Assembly (NCBI GenBank): GCA_032718475.1
Contig: JAUCBJ010002800.1
Coordinates: 62,001 to 126,000, forward strand
DNA from: Nemertoderma westbladi
Lineage: Eukaryota > Animalia > Xenacoelomorpha
DNA length: 64,000 nucleotides
Direction: 5' to 3'
Below, piece after piece: positions 29,201 through 40,344 of this stretch. Numbering within the stretch: position 1 is the first letter of the stretch; every line of letters begins with the position of its first letter. The position numbers and the translations under genes were made by a program. The notes under the pieces were generated by a model, which was given only the letters and a program-made list of their open reading frames with translations, ran no database searches and had not been told where the DNA came from.

Positions 29201-32200
29201 GTAATTAAAGTTATATTGGCTACCCAAGGAGTAATTAAAGTTATATTGGCTACCCATGGAGTAATTAAAGTTATATTGGCTACCCAAGGAGTAATTAAAG
29301 TTATATTGGCTACCCATGGAGTAATTAAAGTTATATTGGCTACCCATGGAGTAATTAAAGTTATATTGGCTGCCCATGGAGTAATTAAAGTTATATTGGC
29401 TACCCAAGGAGTAATTAAAGTTATATTGGCTACCCATGGAGTAATTAAAGTTATATTGGCTGCCCATGGAGTAATTAAAGTTATATTGGCTACCCATGGA
29501 GTAATTAAAGTTATATTGGCTACCCATGGAGTAATTAAAGTTATTGGCTACCCATGGAGTAATTGAAGTTATATTGGCTGCCCATGGAGTAATTAAAGTT
29601 ATATTGGCTACCCATGGAGTAATTAAAGTTATATTGGCTACCCATGGAGTAATTAAAGTTATTGGTTACCCAAGGAGTAATTAAAGTTATATTGGCTACC
29701 CATGGAGTAATTAAAGTTATATTGGTTACCCATGGAGTAATTAAAGTTATATTGGCTACCCATGGAGTAATTAAAGTTATATTGGCTGCCCATGGAGTAA
29801 TTAAAGTTATATTGGCTACCCATGGAGTAATTAAAGTTATATTGGCTACCCATGGAGTAATTAAAGTTATATTGGCTACCCATGGAGTAATTAAAGTTAT
29901 ATTGGCTACCCATGGAGTAATTAAAGTTATATTGGCTGCCCATGGAGTAATTAAAGTTATATTGGCTACCCAAGGAGTAATTAAAGTTATATTGGCTACC
30001 CATGGAGTAATTAAAGTTATATTGGCTACCCAAGGAGTAATTAAAGTTATATTGGCTACCCATGGAGTAATTAAAGTTATATTGGCTACCCATGGAGTAA
30101 TTAAAGTTATATTGGCTGCCCATGGAGTAATTAAAGTTATATTGGCTACCCATGGAGTAATTAAAGTTATATTGGTTACCCATTGAGTAATTAAAGTTAT
30201 ATTGGCTACCCATGGAGTAATTCAAGTTATATTGGCTGCCCATGGAGTAATTAAAGTTATATTGGCTACCCAAGGACTAATTAAAGTTATATTGGCTACC
30301 CATGGAGTAATTAAAGTTATATTGGCTACCCATGGAGTAATTAAAGTTATATTGGCTACCCAAGGAGTAATTAAAGTTATATTGGCTACCCATGGAGTAA
30401 TTAAAGTTATATTGACTGCCCATGGAGTAATTAAAGTTATATTGGCTACCCAAGGAGTAATTAAAGTTATATTGGCTGCCCATGGAGTAATTAAAGTTAT
30501 ATTGGCTACCCAAGGAGTAATTAAAGTTATATTGGCTGCCCATGGAGTAATTAAAGTTATATTGGCTGCCCATGGAGTAATTAAAGTTATATTGGCTACC
30601 CAAGGAGTAATTAAAGTTATATTGGCTACCCATGGAGTAATTAAAGTTATATTGGCTACCCATGGAGTAATTAAAGTTATATTGGCTACCCAAGGAGTAA
30701 TTAAAGTTATATTGGCTGCCCATGGAGTAATTAAAGTTATATTGGCTGCCCATGGAGTAATTAAAGTTATATTGGCTACCCAAGGAGTAATTAAAGTTAT
30801 ATTGGCTACCCATGGAGTAATTAAAGTTATATTGGCTACCCATGGAGTAATTAAAGTTATATTGGCTACCCAAGGAGTAATTAAAGTTATATTGGCTACC
30901 CATGGAGTAATTAAAGTTATATTGGCTGCCTATGGAGTAATTAAAGTTATATTGGCTACCCAAGGAGTAATTAAAGTTATATTGGCTGCCCATGGAGTAA
31001 TTAAAGTTATATTGGCTACCCATGGAGTAATTAAAGTTATATTGGCTGCCCATGGAGTAATTAAAGTTATATTGGCTGCCCATGGAGTAATTAAAGTTAT
31101 ATTGGCTACCCAAGGAGTAATTAAAGTTATATTGGCTGCCCATGGAGTAATTAAAGTTATATTGGTTACCCATGGAGTAATTAAAGTTATATTGGCTACC
31201 CATGGAGTGATTAAAGTTATATTGGCTGCCCATGGAGTAATTAAAGTTATATTGGCTGCCCATGGAGTAATTAAAGTTATATTGGCTACCCAAGGAGTAA
31301 TTAAAGTTATATTGGCTACCCATGGAGTAATTAAAGTTATATTGGCTGCCCATGGAGTAATTAAAGTTATATTGGCTACCCAAGGAGTAATTAAAGTTAT
31401 ATTGGCTACCCATGGAGTAATTAAAGTTATATTGGCTACCCATGGAGTAATTAAAGTTATATTGGCTGCCCATGGAGTAATTAAAGTTATATTGGCTACC
31501 CAAGGAGTAATTAAAGTTATATTGGCTACCCATGGAGTAATTAAAGTTATATTGGCTACCCATGGAGTAATTAAAGTTATATTGGCTGCCCATGGAGTAA
31601 TTAAAGTTATATTGGCTACCCATGGAGTAATTAAAGTTATATTGGCTGCCCATGGAGTAATTAAAGTTATATTGGCTACCCATGGAGTAATTAAAGTTAT
31701 ATTGGCTACCCATGGAGTAATTAAAGTTATATTGGCTACCCAAGGAGTAATTAAAGTTATATTGGCTACCCATGGAGTAATTAAAGTTATATTGGCTGCC
31801 CATGGAGTAATTAAAGTTATATTGGCTACCCATGGAGTAATTAAAGTTATATTGGCTACCCATGGAGTAATTAAATTTATTGGCTACCCATGGAGTAATT
31901 AAAGTTATATTGGCTGCCCATGGAGTAATTAAAGTTATATTGGCTGCCCATGGAGTAATTAAAGTTATATTGGCTACCCATGGAGTAATTAAAGTTATAT
32001 TGGCTGCCCATGGAGTAATTAAAGTTATATTGGCTGCCCATGGAGTAATTAAAGTTATATTGGCTACCCAAGGAGTAATTAAAGTTATATTGGCTGCCCA
32101 TGGAGTAATTAAAGTTATATTGGCTACCCAAGGAGTAATTAAAGTTATATTGGCTACCCATGGAGTAATTAAAGTTATATTGGCTACCCATGGAGTAATT

Positions 32201-32270
32201 AAAGTTATTGGCTACCCAAGGAGTAATTAAAGTTATATTGGCTGCCCATGGAGTAATTAAAGTTATATTG
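5237..32270. repeat. 30-bp tandem satellite, main block, with higher-order repeats
   Basis: Same monomer. Variants include GGTTACCC, CCAAGG, TAGCTACTCC (26 bp) and GCTGCCC. Sharp end at 32270. Confidence 0.99.
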
Positions 32271-32350
32271 TACGTCCAGATGGGATCGAACTGGTGACCT
32301 CCAGGGCAGCGAAATTCACATGCCAAGGTGACAACCCCAGTGGTCACTAT
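32271..32350 (-). other. Possible degenerate tRNA-derived (SINE-like) fragment with a Pol III B-box
   Basis: Minus strand reads GAGGTCACCAGTTCGATCCC, resembling a tRNA variable loop plus T-loop/B-box. No full cloverleaf seen. Confidence 0.3.
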
Positions 32351-32615
32351 TTATAATGACACGTAATAAGTAACAGTAAAAATAATTAATGGATGGCCCG
32401 TTCCAGTAAGGATTATATGACAGCAATTCAAGTAGTTAGGAGGAAAATAATTTAAGGAAAAATTCATAATAACAATTAAAATTCAAGAGCGAAAAACACG
32501 TGAAAACCCCACAAAATAAAACTTCATAAACCAGATTGTATTTATTTGTGGACTAATAAATTTATATATAAGATATTATTGCGAAACAACCCGATAATTA
32601 GAGATGTATCATCCA

Positions 32616-33484
32616 ACTTCCGGTTGATAAGTGAGTTACGGATTTCCGGCAGGGCGGGGTGAGAGGAGGACTTCCGGTAGGGCGGGGTGAGTGACGGACT
32701 TCCGGTAGGGCGGGGTGAGTGACGGATTTCCGGTAGGGCGGGATGAGTGACGGACTTCCGGTAGGGCGGGATGAGTGACGGACTTCCGGTAGGGCGGGAT
32801 GAGTGACGGACTTCCGGTAGGGCGGGATGAGTGACGGACTTCCGGTAGGGCGAGATGAGTGACGGACTTCCGGTAGGGCGAGGTGAGTGACAGACTTGCG
32901 GTCGGCAGGTGAGTGCCGGACTTCCAGTAGGGCGGGTGAGAGAAGGACTTCTGGTGGTAGGGCGGGGTGAGTGACGGACCTCCAGTAGGGCGGGGTGAAT
33001 GACGGATTTCCGGTAGGGCGGGTTGAGTGACGGACTTCCGGTAGGGCGGGGTGAGTGACAGACTTCCAGTCGGCGGGTGAGAGAAGGACTTCCAGTAGGG
33101 CGGGTGAGTGACGGACTTCCGGTAGGGCGGGGTGAGTGACGGACTTCCAGTAGGGAGGGGTGAGTGATGGACTTCCGGTAGGGCGGAGTGAGTGACGGAC
33201 TTCCGGTTGGGCGGGGTGAGTGACGGACTTCCGGTCGGCGGGTGAGTGCCGGACTTGCAGTAGGGAGGGGTGAGTGATGGACTTCCGGTAGGGCGGAGTG
33301 AGTGACGGACTTCCGGTAGGGCGGGGTGAGTGACGGACATCCAGTAGGGCGGGTGAGAGAAGGACTTCTGGTGGTAGGGCGGGGTGAGTGACGGGCTTCC
33401 GGCAAGGCGGGGTGAGTGACGGACATCCAGTAGGGCGGGTGAGAGAAGGACTTCCGGTAGGGCGGGGTGAGTGACGGACTTCCG
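32616..33484. repeat. ~28-bp G-rich minisatellite (GACTTCCGGTAGGGCGGGGTGAGTGACG)
   Basis: About 30 degenerate units abutting the TRMT10C stop codon. Confidence 0.95.
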
Positions 33485-33485
33485 T

Positions 33486-34649
33486 TTACCACATTCCCGA
33501 CATTCTATTGTAAATCTTCCTGGTCCCCCTTCGCTCCCGCAGACCCGCTCTTTCCCGACAAAACTCCTGGTCGTAATTCCTGACGGAACTCCTAATCGCG
33601 AGTTCAACCGAGTCGCCCTGAGCCATTTTACTGAGAATCTCTAGGCAGGAGACGAGGTTAAGGCAGTTACCGTACGAGCGACCAAGTAGCACCTGTTTCA
33701 AAGGGAACGCCGCCGTTTCAACTCCCAACATCTTGGTGGCGTACGTTAGCGAAGCTTTCGGGACGCTCTTCTTGTCCACTAAACCGCCTATAACATAAAC
33801 CTTTGAAGGGTCGAACCGCCACAATAAGTTGTTCGAGTCCGGGGAGAGATAGACTATGTCATTCCTGGGGAAAACCCCAGTAACTGGTTCGCCACTCACG
33901 TTCATATGATAGCGACCACGGCTTAGCATGAAATTGTTTTGGTTTCTCCGCTCAACCATTTCCATTGCGGAGGATTCGGGACGGAGATTGGTGCAGGTCA
34001 GTCTGAACGGATCCTTCAATGTCAGATTTATAGAGACTAACATATCCAGTTGGGTGAACAAATTGTTAATGTCCCGTTCCCGCATATATTCATCGAATGA
34101 GAAGTCTACAACGAGATCTAGGCCGTTTAATAAGGATTTTAATTGTTTCTCTTTGAGGTTTTCCGAGATGTAATGGTTGACTCCGGCTAACAGTATCCCT
34201 GGAGAGGACCGATACTCTTCCAGCACTGCCATGTTTTTCTCGACACGGCGCGCTCGCCTCAACTTATCGTTTATTTTTTTATGTTCGTTTAAAAATAAAA
34301 ATGATAAATATTTGAGTTTGGCGGATCGACTAGTTTGGCCGAGGAACTGGGTTATTTCGGCGTCCGACATCGACCGCGGGAGTTCCACCCCGAATTCCCG
34401 ATAGAATTTAATTCGGCTTCGGAATTCTTCGATTTGTTCCTGCGTTATATCCTCGGGGTTGTAGACACTCGCTAACGCGTTGTGTATACCGCCGCCCGTG
34501 TTACTGGCGATGTAACAGCGACTCACGCGGTTCAATGAGAACTTATTCGAGCGGAGCCGATTATCGGAGGGCGAAGGGAGAGTTTTATTACGTCGGAACA
34601 GCCGGCAAATACCTGGAGTCATAGCAACAACAGATGATAATAACGCCAT
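33486..34649 (-). CDS. TRMT10C: Mitochondrial RNase P protein 1 / tRNA m1R9 methyltransferase (Trm10 SPOUT family)
   Basis: 387-aa intronless ORF. Arg-rich, acid-poor N-terminus resembles a mitochondrial presequence. Trm10 motifs LVVDFSFDEYM, IVYLSPDS, VYVIGGLVDK and AFPL. N-terminal SRSAKLKYLSFL resembles MRPP1. Confidence 0.88.
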   Translation of the reverse strand: MALLSSVVAMTPGICRLFRRNKTLPSPSDNRLRSNKFSLNRVSRCYIASNTGGGIHNALASVYNPEDITQEQIEEFRSRIKFYREFGVELPRSMSDAEITQFLGQTSRSAKLKYLSFLFLNEHKKINDKLRRARRVEKNMAVLEEYRSSPGILLAGVNHYISENLKEKQLKSLLNGLDLVVDFSFDEYMRERDINNLFTQLDMLVSINLTLKDPFRLTCTNLRPESSAMEMVERRNQNNFMLSRGRYHMNVSGEPVTGVFPRNDIVYLSPDSNNLLWRFDPSKVYVIGGLVDKKSVPKASLTYATKMLGVETAAFPLKQVLLGRSYGNCLNLVSCLEILSKMAQGDSVELAIRSSVRNYDQEFCRERAGLRERRGTRKIYNRMSGMW

Positions 34650-35319
34650 AGTGAAATTGTAATAAACAAAAAGACTATATAGAATCGGAGGATAATCTAA
34701 ACCTATGAACTAATAATAGTTTGACGAAAAAAAAACTGTTTAATACGTAATACCGGTATTAGATAGTTACGTACGGAAAGAAAGATTAATATCTGTGGAC
34801 TGTGGGGAAGCAGGTTAATCTCTTGTGGCGCCAATCAGTGGCGGTAAATATTACAAACTTTGGTATTGAAACTTGAAGCTAGTGAATAGTAAAGAGTTTC
34901 ATCCATCTGGTATTTACAGTGATTTTAGCCATGATTACGGATTGCCCCCCCCCCCCCCCTCCCTTTGGTCTTGTGTCAAATCCTGGTAAGATATCCTGTA
35001 GTCAGGTTACAGTTGCATTGATTTAAGCAAGCAATACAGTACAACTGTTAATGGAACAATATAATTTTACTTCTGTATGTATCTGTAAACATACAATGTA
35101 TAAAAACATCATTAATTGGATGATCGTGATACATTATGGAAAAAGTTATGCAGTTTGTTATTTTGTAGTTTATGTTAGCTATATTGTAGAAATTAATAAA
35201 ATTTAAAGCGACAAAAAAAGAAAATAAAGTTACATTGTTGGAGGTCGATTAGGAGAAGCATCAATTAAAAAATATTCTAACAAAAATGACATGTCCCTTG
35301 TCAATATATATTCAGTCAC

Positions 35320-35481
35320 TTACATATTTTTTACACCACATCTCAAGAGTTACATATTTTTTACACCACATCTCAAGAGTTACATATTTTTTACACCACA
35401 TCTCAAGAGTTACATATTTTTTACACCACATCTCAAGAGTTACATATTTTTTACACCACATCTCAAGAGTTACATATTTTT
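35320..35481. repeat. 30-bp minisatellite (TACATATTTTTTACACCACATCTCAAGAGT), ~5.4 perfect copies
   Basis: Identical tandem units between the two genes. Unrelated to the main satellite. Confidence 0.95.
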
Positions 35482-35746
35482 CACCTATCAGATTTACACA
35501 TGGACTGTACCCCTTCCACCCCTTCTCGTCACTTACCATCCATAATAATATCATCCCATCGAATCATTTACTTTCACTTTATTATTTTTAACAAGTCACA
35601 AATATTTTACAATCGGCAGAAATACAATTCTACACGTTTAAAATATTAATTTAAGTCTGGAACTGAAGTAACTTACTAACATATTCACAACTGTATGTTT
35701 ATAAAGTATAATAATATTTGCAAAATTATATAAGAAGTAAGTTTAT

Positions 35747-36880
35747 TTATTTATTTAAGCTCCGGCAGTCCGGCACTACTGAACTCTCAGACAGGGCTCT
35801 GGCCTCGTGCAAATGAACCATAAAGCAGACACCCTGACTCAGAGAACTACGGTAAAAGCCACCGTTAGCGGTTACAGTAACCGCCTTCAAATTGTCGCCC
35901 GTCCCAAATATTATTTTAGAACGGCCCTTTATTTGCGACGTATTCCGTAAGTTCGTCGCCCGAAGAGACACGGAATCCTCAACCACCTCGAGTTTATCCA
36001 ACAGCTCTAACGCTCGCTGTTGCTCGGCAACACCCCCCACAGTTCGAACGATCGATTTAAAGTCAACGACTGCCGTCCGACACGAGAACCAGACCTTACC
36101 GGACAGAAAACTTAGTAACCTAGGCAACACGGGAGCGTGTTTCTCGGCCTCCGCTTGTTGGCGGATAATCGGCTGAGAGTAACTGTGATTGGTTTGTCCG
36201 TGGGACAAATCGGAAACCATGGTTACCAGGGTAGACACATCGAAATTAATACGATCGTGGCTGATCCGCAAGGCGGATAAATCAGGCACCTTTTCGCGTT
36301 CCGAACCCATCAGTTTACCCTGCACTATGGCCCCGCAGTCTTCCAATAAGTTCACTAGTTGTGGAGAAACGCCACGCGGGAAGCTAACCATTACCCTCGG
36401 GTGGGTGAACCCGAACTGAAAGTGACGCGATAAGGAAACCAAATCAGATACCTGTTGGATCGTATCTTTAGCTCCAAAAGCAGACGATCCATCGATAATT
36501 TGTTGCAAGTTTTCAGGTTTCCTGGCGACCACCTTTACCCACAATAAACCGTCGCATGCGACTATATCTACCGTAACATTTCCGTCCAATTTAGGGTCAG
36601 TTTGTTTAGGTATTTTGTAAAAGAAACATTTAATATCTGGAAGAATATTCGCAGTCGATACAATTGCTTTGTAATACTCCATATTAGAACATGTGATAAA
36701 TGTATTAATTTTATCTGAACTCATAAGTTTGTTGTGCAATAGTTTTGTTACTCCGTGAATCTCCTTCTGTATTTGAAGGCTAAGTTTCTCGTTATTAGGT
36801 AGAGAATTAGCACCCAGCAATATTGCGTCCCATTGCTGGAGGAATGCAGTAACATCATTAATAGTTGTAGCCGAAGCCAT
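35747..36880 (-). CDS. C7orf25: UPF0415 / DUF1308 family protein (C7orf25 homologue)
   Basis: 377-aa intronless ORF with family motifs VDIVACDGLLWVKVVAR, INFDVSTLVTMVSDLSHG, IIFGTGD, TVTANGGF and HEARALSE. Confidence 0.88.
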   Translation of the reverse strand: MASATTINDVTAFLQQWDAILLGANSLPNNEKLSLQIQKEIHGVTKLLHNKLMSSDKINTFITCSNMEYYKAIVSTANILPDIKCFFYKIPKQTDPKLDGNVTVDIVACDGLLWVKVVARKPENLQQIIDGSSAFGAKDTIQQVSDLVSLSRHFQFGFTHPRVMVSFPRGVSPQLVNLLEDCGAIVQGKLMGSEREKVPDLSALRISHDRINFDVSTLVTMVSDLSHGQTNHSYSQPIIRQQAEAEKHAPVLPRLLSFLSGKVWFSCRTAVVDFKSIVRTVGGVAEQQRALELLDKLEVVEDSVSLRATNLRNTSQIKGRSKIIFGTGDNLKAVTVTANGGFYRSSLSQGVCFMVHLHEARALSESSVVPDCRSLNK

Positions 36881-37308
36881 TGCGGCATTAGGCTACTGTA
36901 TTAGGCCTACTGTGTACTGTACTGTGTACTGGAGACGGAGAAATACGGAAATACCTGAATACCAAGGAGTATTCCCAGCTCTACCAGCCTACAGTCCTAT
37001 ACTGCTATATGGCTGTATAGCTGTATAGGCCAAGTCCTATACAGCCGTACAAACAACTCACAAACTGCTGGACTGGCAGATAAGGGAAATTTTGGTTTGC
37101 AATTGTGAACGAGCATTTAACAATCTTCATCATCGTGAATTTAAATAATTATAGTGTCAAAAGACGCGCAAAACTCTCCGCTTTCAATTAATATAAGCCA
37201 CATGTGAAATTATTGAGATTTAATGTATTTGAATCGATCGAAAATCTCTATCCATATAAAAACCAAGATAAAAAATTATCAGAGCACTGCATAAAATGAC
37301 GTTAAATA

Positions 37309-38531
37309 TACTACTAGGATCGGTATGCTGCATTGCAGCTGCATTTTTAAGAATGCTGTGCCGGCTTGTCGACAAAATTGCACCGCCACCAAGGCCAGTG
37401 TTCTTTAAGATGCGTCTCAAGGAAGTCATGGACTGTCCACCATGCTTATTCATTCCGTGAGGCTGCCAAAGTACAAGATTATACACTGGCTGGTCCTCAC
37501 GGCGAAAGCAATGTCCTGCAAAGCGGAGGCGATTTTGTTCTACTGTCAAAGCTTGGGGGAACCAATGAGACACCTCCAATGTTATATAGTGTCTGGTTGG
37601 AGATGTATGCATTGTACTTGACACAATGAACCCGGCGTAGCATTCTTGTGAATGTGCCATCCAGAGATTTGGTGTCCTTAGCAGTTAGAGCCCAGCATGG
37701 ACTCCCGTAGAGGAGTACTGGAACTACTGCTGCTCTAAATAATCGGACCTTAAGTTTCCGATTAATTCTCGGTGATTTCCAAATCCTGGAAAGCCTATTC
37801 AAGGCTGCCCATGCCTTTCCCTTACGTATTCGAAGGTCCTCACCTGACTTCCGGATCCATGATCCCAGGTAACAGAAGTCGTCCACATGCTCAAGCATAC
37901 CATCCTTTGAGCTTATGCTCATCCGATCAGAGACTTGCTGAGGACTTTCAAAGTTAACTGTCAAAATTTTGGTCTTTCTGGAGTTAATAAAAAGACCAAC
38001 ACTAGAAGCAGCATGTTCTAATGAGCTGAGGAGCCGTTGGGCTCCCTCTAATGATTCTGAGAGTACTCCTAAGTCATCAGCAAAGTCTAGATCAGTTAGG
38101 TACTTGGCAGGATTTCCTCGACTTCTGGAGCCAGTAGGTGGAGTTATCATCACCCCATCATCATTATGATGATCTAAGGACATGCGTAGAACATAGTCAA
38201 CCACAATAATGAACAAGAATGGTGCAAGTGTGTCTCCTTGGAGGACGCCCCATAACACTTCAAATGGTTCTGTGTCACCGTCAACAGTAGACACAAATGT
38301 TGTCAAACCATCGTATACTGATCTGATTGCTGCAATAATTTCATCAGGAATCCCATATAATGAAAGTATGCTGAACATACGTGAGCGAGAGACTGAATCA
38401 AAGGCCTTGAAGAAGTCAATCAACAAAGATAACAGCCAGATGCCTGTCTTTCTTTTTTGAGAATTCTTCAATTATCCTTCTAAGTGCCAAAATGGGCTCC
38501 ATGGTCCCACGACCTTTACGGAACCCATTCT
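37309..38531 (-). mobile_element. RTE-like LINE fragment, copy 1 (degenerate)
   Basis: RT motifs DFFKAFDSV, GVLQGDTLAPFLF, DFADD and YLGS. Short (TAG)n tail. Nearly identical to the copy at 42705-44504 but has frameshifts and a ~45-bp deletion near 37390. Confidence 0.92.
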
Positions 38532-38575
38532 TACGGAGCCCCTAAAGGGACATGGGTTTCCCCCTTTTTTTTCTT

Positions 38576-38914
38576 AAGTCCGGCCCGGAGATACTATCTC
38601 AGGCCCGGAGATACTATCTCAGGCCCGGAGATACTAAGTCCGGCCCGGAGATACTATCTCAGGCCCGGAGATACTAAGTCCGGCCCGGAGATACTATCTC
38701 AGGCCCGGAGATACTAAGTCCGGCCCGGAGATACTATCTCAGGCCCTGAGATACTAAGTCCGGCCCGGAGATACTATCTCAGGCCCTGAGATACTAAGTC
38801 CGGCCCGGAGATACTATCTCAGGCCCGGAGATACTAAGTCCGGCCCGGAGATACTATCTCAGGCCCGGAGATACTAAGTCCGGCCCGGAGATACTATCTC
38901 AGGCCCGGAGATAC
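38576..38914. repeat. 20/40-bp minisatellite (CGGCCCGGAGATACTATCTC / AGGCCCGGAGATACTAAGTC)
   Basis: Alternating 20-bp subunits form a 40-bp dimer. Confidence 0.95.
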
Positions 38915-40111
38915 GCTGCCATCTCATAAATAATAAGACGGTATAACAATTATTGGTTTTTCAAGCAAAGGCAATGTATACGTTAATGTATAATAATATG
39001 TTGCTTGGCGTGGGTGGCTGAGGCCTTGGCCTTGGTTGGTTAGTTTCCAGGGTGATTGTTCTAGAATATTAAATTATTTACCTTGAGTGAACCAAACCAA
39101 CCACCCACACAATGCTGAAGCACAGCGGTTGTATCCCAGCCGTCCAGCCCAGCCCGGCTGGCGCCTCCTACAACACAATGCAAGCAGCTCAGCTCAATAT
39201 TGCTTGAAAATTCTCTTGTAAATATTTTCCAACTCAATAAATAATTACACTTGAAATGCACTATAGAGGGGTGGGGAGGTGTTAGCGATGTCGCCAGGCG
39301 ATTCTAACTGTTTTTGGGGATCATTTCCTTAAAATATATTTATGATTTCCTGCAACCCATGATATTGCTTTTGCGCCGCTGTGTGCTGTGTGCAAAATCT
39401 CCCACGCGGTGGTGCGAATAGTTTAATATATAATGGGATAAAGTGTCTCGTCTTGCGAGACATTTAATTATAATTACTAAAGTAAATTATCTATATTTGC
39501 AAAGGGTGAGGGTTTAACAGACCATACACCAGAAAAAGAAAATACAAAAAGGAGGAGAACGGGGCAGGTGGTGGGTAAAAGATATTTTATTATAAAATTA
39601 GAATGTGTACGCAATGTATCTGGAAGTCATAAATTAAATTATACGTTATTTTGATTAACAGATTACTGAATCCAGGTACCGTAATGAAAGAATACCAGTA
39701 ATCATTTGTTAGACAAAGAGATTCCAGTGCACATCCTAGAGGATGGTATAGGAACTTGTTAATTGTACATGTTTTGCGGTATCATAAAATATATTGGGCT
39801 CAATGCTTTGCAATATTACCCAATACCCATTTTTTATGCTCTATCTCGTGGTGTCGGTTAGAACGCGCGAAAATGAAAATCGATGGTCATTTTTGAAAAA
39901 AATCGGTAGTTATTTCGGTAAATTGCGGCTAATTAACGGAAGGGCTTTTGTGTTGGCAATTTATTATTTTATACAATTGAATATTTGGCTGATGTTAAGT
40001 TCATTAACCCGTTCAATAACAAGTTATTTTGCAAAATTATGGCTAATTTTGGGAAGGGCTTTTGGAATGGAAATCAAATTTAAATGAAAGGTGTTCTTAG
40101 GAGAATTTGAA

Positions 40112-40343
40112 TTAATAACGAGTGCCCTACATAACGGCGCAGTGCACTTAATAACGAGTGCACTACATAACGGCGAAGTGCACTTAATAACTAGTGCCCT
40201 ACATAACAGCGCAGTGCACTTAATAACGAGTGCCCTACATAACGGCGCAGTGCACTTCATAACGGCGCAGTGCACTTCATAAAGGTGTAGTGCACTTCAT
40301 AAAGGTGTTAGTAGTGCACTTCATAACGATGCAGTGCACTTAA
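40112..40343. repeat. 36-bp minisatellite (TAATAACGAGTGCCCTACATAACGGCGCAGTGCACT) decaying into 20-bp units
   Basis: About 4 full units, followed by shorter TCATAACGGCGCAGTGCACT-type units. Confidence 0.9.
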
Positions 40344-40344
40344 T

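Noticed and set aside
1-32270. CRISPR array (hairpin repeat of ~30 bp)
   Set aside because: No unique spacers, no cas genes, and a eukaryotic context.
1-32270. Canonical telomerase repeat
   Set aside because: No TTAGGG/TTAGG-type unit. The kb-scale higher-order structure fits recombinational satellite evolution. Chromosomal position cannot be seen from this window.
231-32347. Many ORFs of (MGSQYNFNYS)n, (ATHGVIKVIL)n and (WVANITLITP)n, including a prion-like 528-aa frame
   Set aside because: By-product of a 30-bp stop-free monomer. The 26- and 28-bp variants shift frame freely, and there are no unique termini.
32542-33607. 316- and 323-aa Pro/Ser/Thr-rich ORFs
   Set aside because: Translations of the 28-bp minisatellite cycling through frames.
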